Below are positions 46,701-50,531 of a DNA stretch of 50,531 bases, in pieces. The translations under genes and the position numbers were made by a program. The DNA comes from Octopus bimaculoides (Eukaryota): positions 15,097,557 through 15,148,087 of the forward strand of contig NC_068990.1 in assembly GCF_001194135.2 (NCBI RefSeq), in the 5' to 3' direction. Positions within the stretch are counted from its first letter, which is position 1. Each line of letters starts with the position of its first letter. A model generated the notes under the pieces. It did not search any database, was not told the origin of the DNA, and saw nothing but the letters and a program-made list of their open reading frames with translations.

Positions 46701-48019
46701 TGTGCATGTCTCCTTGTTTTGGCATCTTGATATCACATGATATTTGTAAATGAGTGTCACCATCATACAAGCAGTATCCTTCATTCCAATCTCCTTTGTA
46801 AAATTAGACCAGCCACAGGGAAATACTACTTTACATGGAAACAGGAGAGTTGGTAACATGAAAAGCATTTTGTATGACCCATGCAAGCATCGAAAAAAAG
46901 AGTGAGGCAGATGAACAAGAGTGGTAAGCAGTATACAAGCCTGGAAAAACATTGGCTAATAATGTTGTTGTTTAACTTCCAGGGCAGTCTTGACTGAGCA
47001 GATCTATGATAAAAGACATTCCAGTTATGACTATTCCATCTAGTCTTCAGATGGAATATATCGAAGACCACATAACTGAACATTTTTCTTTCTGATATTT
47101 CACAGATGGGAGAGTGTCACAAGAGAAATTTGGCTGCTATATCTAGCAGATTAAGTGACTCAGAACCACTGTAGTAACAATAGGAAATAAAAAGGAGAAA
47201 ATACCACTAACCACTTTTTTTCTGCTCTTTCTTTACTATTTCTCCATGTTATTCACACTTATAATACCTACCATTAAAGCACTCAAAGACTAGTTAGCTG
47301 ATTAGCTGAAATAATGTTACAGCACTAATTATACTAGCTCATTACAAATTAGTATGATGCTCAGGGTAGGATATTACATAATCTACAGAAAACAGCAAAC
47401 TGACCCCATTTTACAATCCATTATTAGTTTAAATTTATACTGAGAAAAATCTCCTTATGTTTTGCAGTTATTGTTTCACATGTTACCTATGATGAAAAAC
47501 GTTCTAGCCTTGACAATCCAGTCTTTTTATAAATACAAGGCTATGTGAAGTTCAGAAATTAGACATTTATTTATTTATTGCCCACAAGGACAAACAAAGA
47601 CAGACAAAGGGATTAAGTCGATTACATCGACCCTAGTGTGTAACTGGTACTTATTTAACCGACCCCGAAAGGATGAAAGGAAAAGTCGACCTCTGTGGAA
47701 TTTGAACTCAAAACGTAACGGCAGACGAAATACTGCTAAGCATGTCACCGGCCTGCTAATGATTCTGCCAGATCGCCGCCCTATTAGATATTTTTTCAGT
47801 TAATGGATTGCAGCCATGCTTTGGTATTCCCTTGAAGGGCTTATGCAAACAAATCAACCCCCAGTAATTGTACTTTTTAAAGTCTGGCACTTGTTCTATC
47901 TCTTGTGCTCAACTACTTGGTTACAGGTAATCCTTCGACTGCCGCAGGTGTTACGTTCCAAAACACCCCCATGATAGGTGAAAATCTGCAAAGTAGAAAA
48001 AGTAGTTTTTTTTAAATTT

Positions 48020-48411
48020 TTATTTTATTTCAGTCATTTGACTGCGGCCATGCTGAAGCACCACCTTTAGTCGAGCAAATCGATCCCAGGACTTATTCTT
48101 TGTAAACCTTGTTACCTATTCTATCGGTCTCTCTTGCTGAACCACTAAGTGACGGAGACGTAAATACACCAGCATCAGTTGCCAAGCGATGTTGGGGAGG
48201 GGGACAAACACAGACACACAAACATATACATACATATATACATATATACGACAGGCTTCTTTCAGTTTCCGTCTGTCATATCCACTCACAAGGCTTTGGT
48301 CGGCCCAAGGCTATAGTAAAGACACTTGCCCGAGGTGCCACACAGTGGGACTGAACTCGGAACCATGCAGTTGCTAAGCAAGCTATTTACCACACGGCCA
48401 CTCCTGCACCT
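48020..48411 (-). mobile_element. SINE family A copy
   Basis: Reverse complement of family A. Confidence 0.9.
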
Positions 48412-49299
48412 GAATATTTAAAAAAATTATTTTAATAATTTGCATATATTTATTTTATTATAAATGCAAAATAACACCACGGAGGAATTGAGGTAAAAGT
48501 AAATAATAAACCACAATATGGCCAGGGATTACCGTAAACAAACCAATGCCAATTGCTCAGCAGTTTGGGTGGGAAGAGGAGAGAAACAAACACAACGATA
48601 CATATATACATACATATGATGGGATTCCACACAGTTTCCATCTACCAAATTCACTCAAAGTATTTGGAAGCCCAGGGCTATAGTTCTTAACCACAAAGCC
48701 ACACCTGTGCATCTAGTTTCTGTCTACCAAATCCAATCACAAGGCTTTGGTTGACCCAAGGCTATAGTAGAAGAGCCATGCAGTGGGACTGAACTTGAAA
48801 CGATTTTCTTTTTGTGAGAATGCAAAACTTCTTAATGAGATAGCCACACTTGCACCTAGTTCAAAATTTGTCTTTGGTTATTGATATTGCTGCATACATT
48901 GTTCCCAACATTGAGTGGATGGAAAAAGCAAAAGGCTCTCCACAAAAATATAGGTAGCATTTAGGTCGTTGTGATTACTTCAAAGTTCCAGTGTTTTAAT
49001 AAACCTCGCGTGAACCTGCAATTTCTTTTGTGTACATCAGGGGATATTCTCATCTCAATTTGAGAACCCCACATTTAAAAAATTAGAAACAGGAATTACC
49101 CCTTATGCTTTTGGTAAGTTATATGGTCACACTGTTTGAAAAGACAGCGCCAGGTAAACTCTGGCAAGGTGGGATTACCTGAAGTTCCATGTAAGATGTT
49201 TAGGGGAACTGTCGCACTCAACCCTCATTTCGATGATATAAGAAAGAAAGAAAGAAAGAACGAAAAATGTTTCAGATAAAAAATTTCCCTTTCATATTC

Positions 49300-49671
49300 C
49301 TCTTTTTACTCGTTTCAGCTCTTTTGACTGCGGCCATGCTGGAGCACCGCCTTTAGTCGAGCAAATCGACCCCAGGACTTATTCTTTGGAAGCCTAGTAC
49401 TTATTCTATCAGTCTGTTTTGCCGAACCGCTAAGTTACAGGGACGTAGACACACCACCATCGGTTGTCAAGCGATGGTGGGGGGACAGACACAGACACAC
49501 AAACACACACACATATATATATACACACACATATACGACGGGCTTCTACCAAATCCACTCACAAGGCTTTGGTCGGCCCAAGGCTATAGTAGAAAACACT
49601 TGCCCAAGGTGCCACGCAGAACCATGTGGTTGGTAAGCAAGCTACTTACCACACAGCCACTCCTGCGCCTA
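49300..49671 (-). mobile_element. SINE family A copy with internal deletions
   Basis: Reverse complement of family A. Confidence 0.9.
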
Positions 49672-49816
49672 TGGAAATCTTTTAGCATTAGTTAATTATT
49701 GCTTTCGCTTTCATATATTATTCCACTTCCTTTCACCTCGTGACAATCTCGTTATACCTTGCATGGAACATAGATCGCCAACACCACCACAACAACAGTA
49801 TATTAGTCAATGATTA

Positions 49817-50010
49817 AGGTGGCGAGCAGGCAAAATCGTTAGCGGCATTTCGTCTGTCTGTACGTTCTGAGCTCAATTCTGCTGAGGTCGACTTTACCTT
49901 TTATCCTTTCAGAGTCGATAAAACAAGTACCATTTGAGAACCGAGGTCGATGTAATCGATTTACCCTCTCCCCTGAAATTGCTGGCCTTGTACCAAAATT
50001 TGAAACCAAT
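49817..50010 (+). mobile_element. tRNA-derived SINE family C. Other copies at 105-233, 1871-2018, 6120-6830 (three), 28617-28815, 28826-29045, 47568-47781
   Basis: Head ggcgagc.ggcaaaatcgttagc, B-box gttctgag.tcaaattc, core gtcgactttgcctttcatcctttcggggtcgataaa.taagtacc. Confidence 0.85.
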
Positions 50011-50490
50011 ATCATTTTTTAATCGTTTCGCTAAGCACGGGAAACTACTTTGTACATGCTTTGATATTATTATGGCCTCATCAGCGAAGCACTGACTCAA
50101 CTGTATTTGCTCAAACAGTAATGAGAACACCACACTTGTACAGAATTGTACAGTAGTTGGCGTAGACAACTCGTAAGGTTTAGAGAATAAATAAACACGG
50201 AGACGCTACTCGCATGAGAAGTTCAGTTATTTAATGCAGAAGCGTTAAGATGTTTGATAAAACCATTTGAGATGCATGAAACTAGCTTTTAAAATGGATA
50301 TATAATGAAGAATATAGACTAGTTAATTAATGCTAATTATGTTTATGTTGAAATAATTTTCCTCACTTCCTCCGAGGTAATAAAATCCACAGGTGCGAGT
50401 CTTTTAAACCCAATCACCATTATCTTAAACAAGAAAACAACCTAGTTATTAACTCTTGTCAGGGATTTGTAGGAAAACGGTTAACGCAGC

Positions 50491-50531
<41 letters not shown>

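Noticed and set aside
415-49695. Recurrent small ORFs sharing peptides (TQTHKH..YIRQASFSFRL, PDGYTRLQSDLAEFLQLDALPNANH)
   Set aside because: These are translations of SINE A and SINE B copies, not a gene family

Overview
Eukaryotic, AT-rich, repeat-dense draft-scaffold sequence with four N-gaps and abundant microsatellites. The SINE families resemble, from recall, those of octopus (coleoid cephalopod); this assignment is inference. The only host gene I can reconstruct is a minus-strand, 9-coding-exon RING-H2 E3 ligase of the RNF115/RNF126 family (CDS 37885->7528, 726 nt, 241 aa). All its introns are GT-AG and all exon phases chain correctly. The model lacks the family's N-terminal zinc ribbon and its NPxDYAWG motif. 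Most of the rest is transposon-derived: several SINE families, RTE and CR1/L2-like LINE remnants, an internally deleted piggyBac with related MITEs, a mariner fragment, and Penelope-like ends carrying decayed hammerhead-ribozyme motifs and fold-back repeats. There is also a 31-bp minisatellite. I found no CRISPR array, rRNA or intact tRNA gene. Most ORFs in the supplied track are repeat or gap artefacts. I see no firm evidence for a wholly new system. The best leads are the divergent RNF paralogue, the nested piggyBac/Penelope insertion, the hammerhead-like motifs and a circularly permuted tRNA-like repeat.
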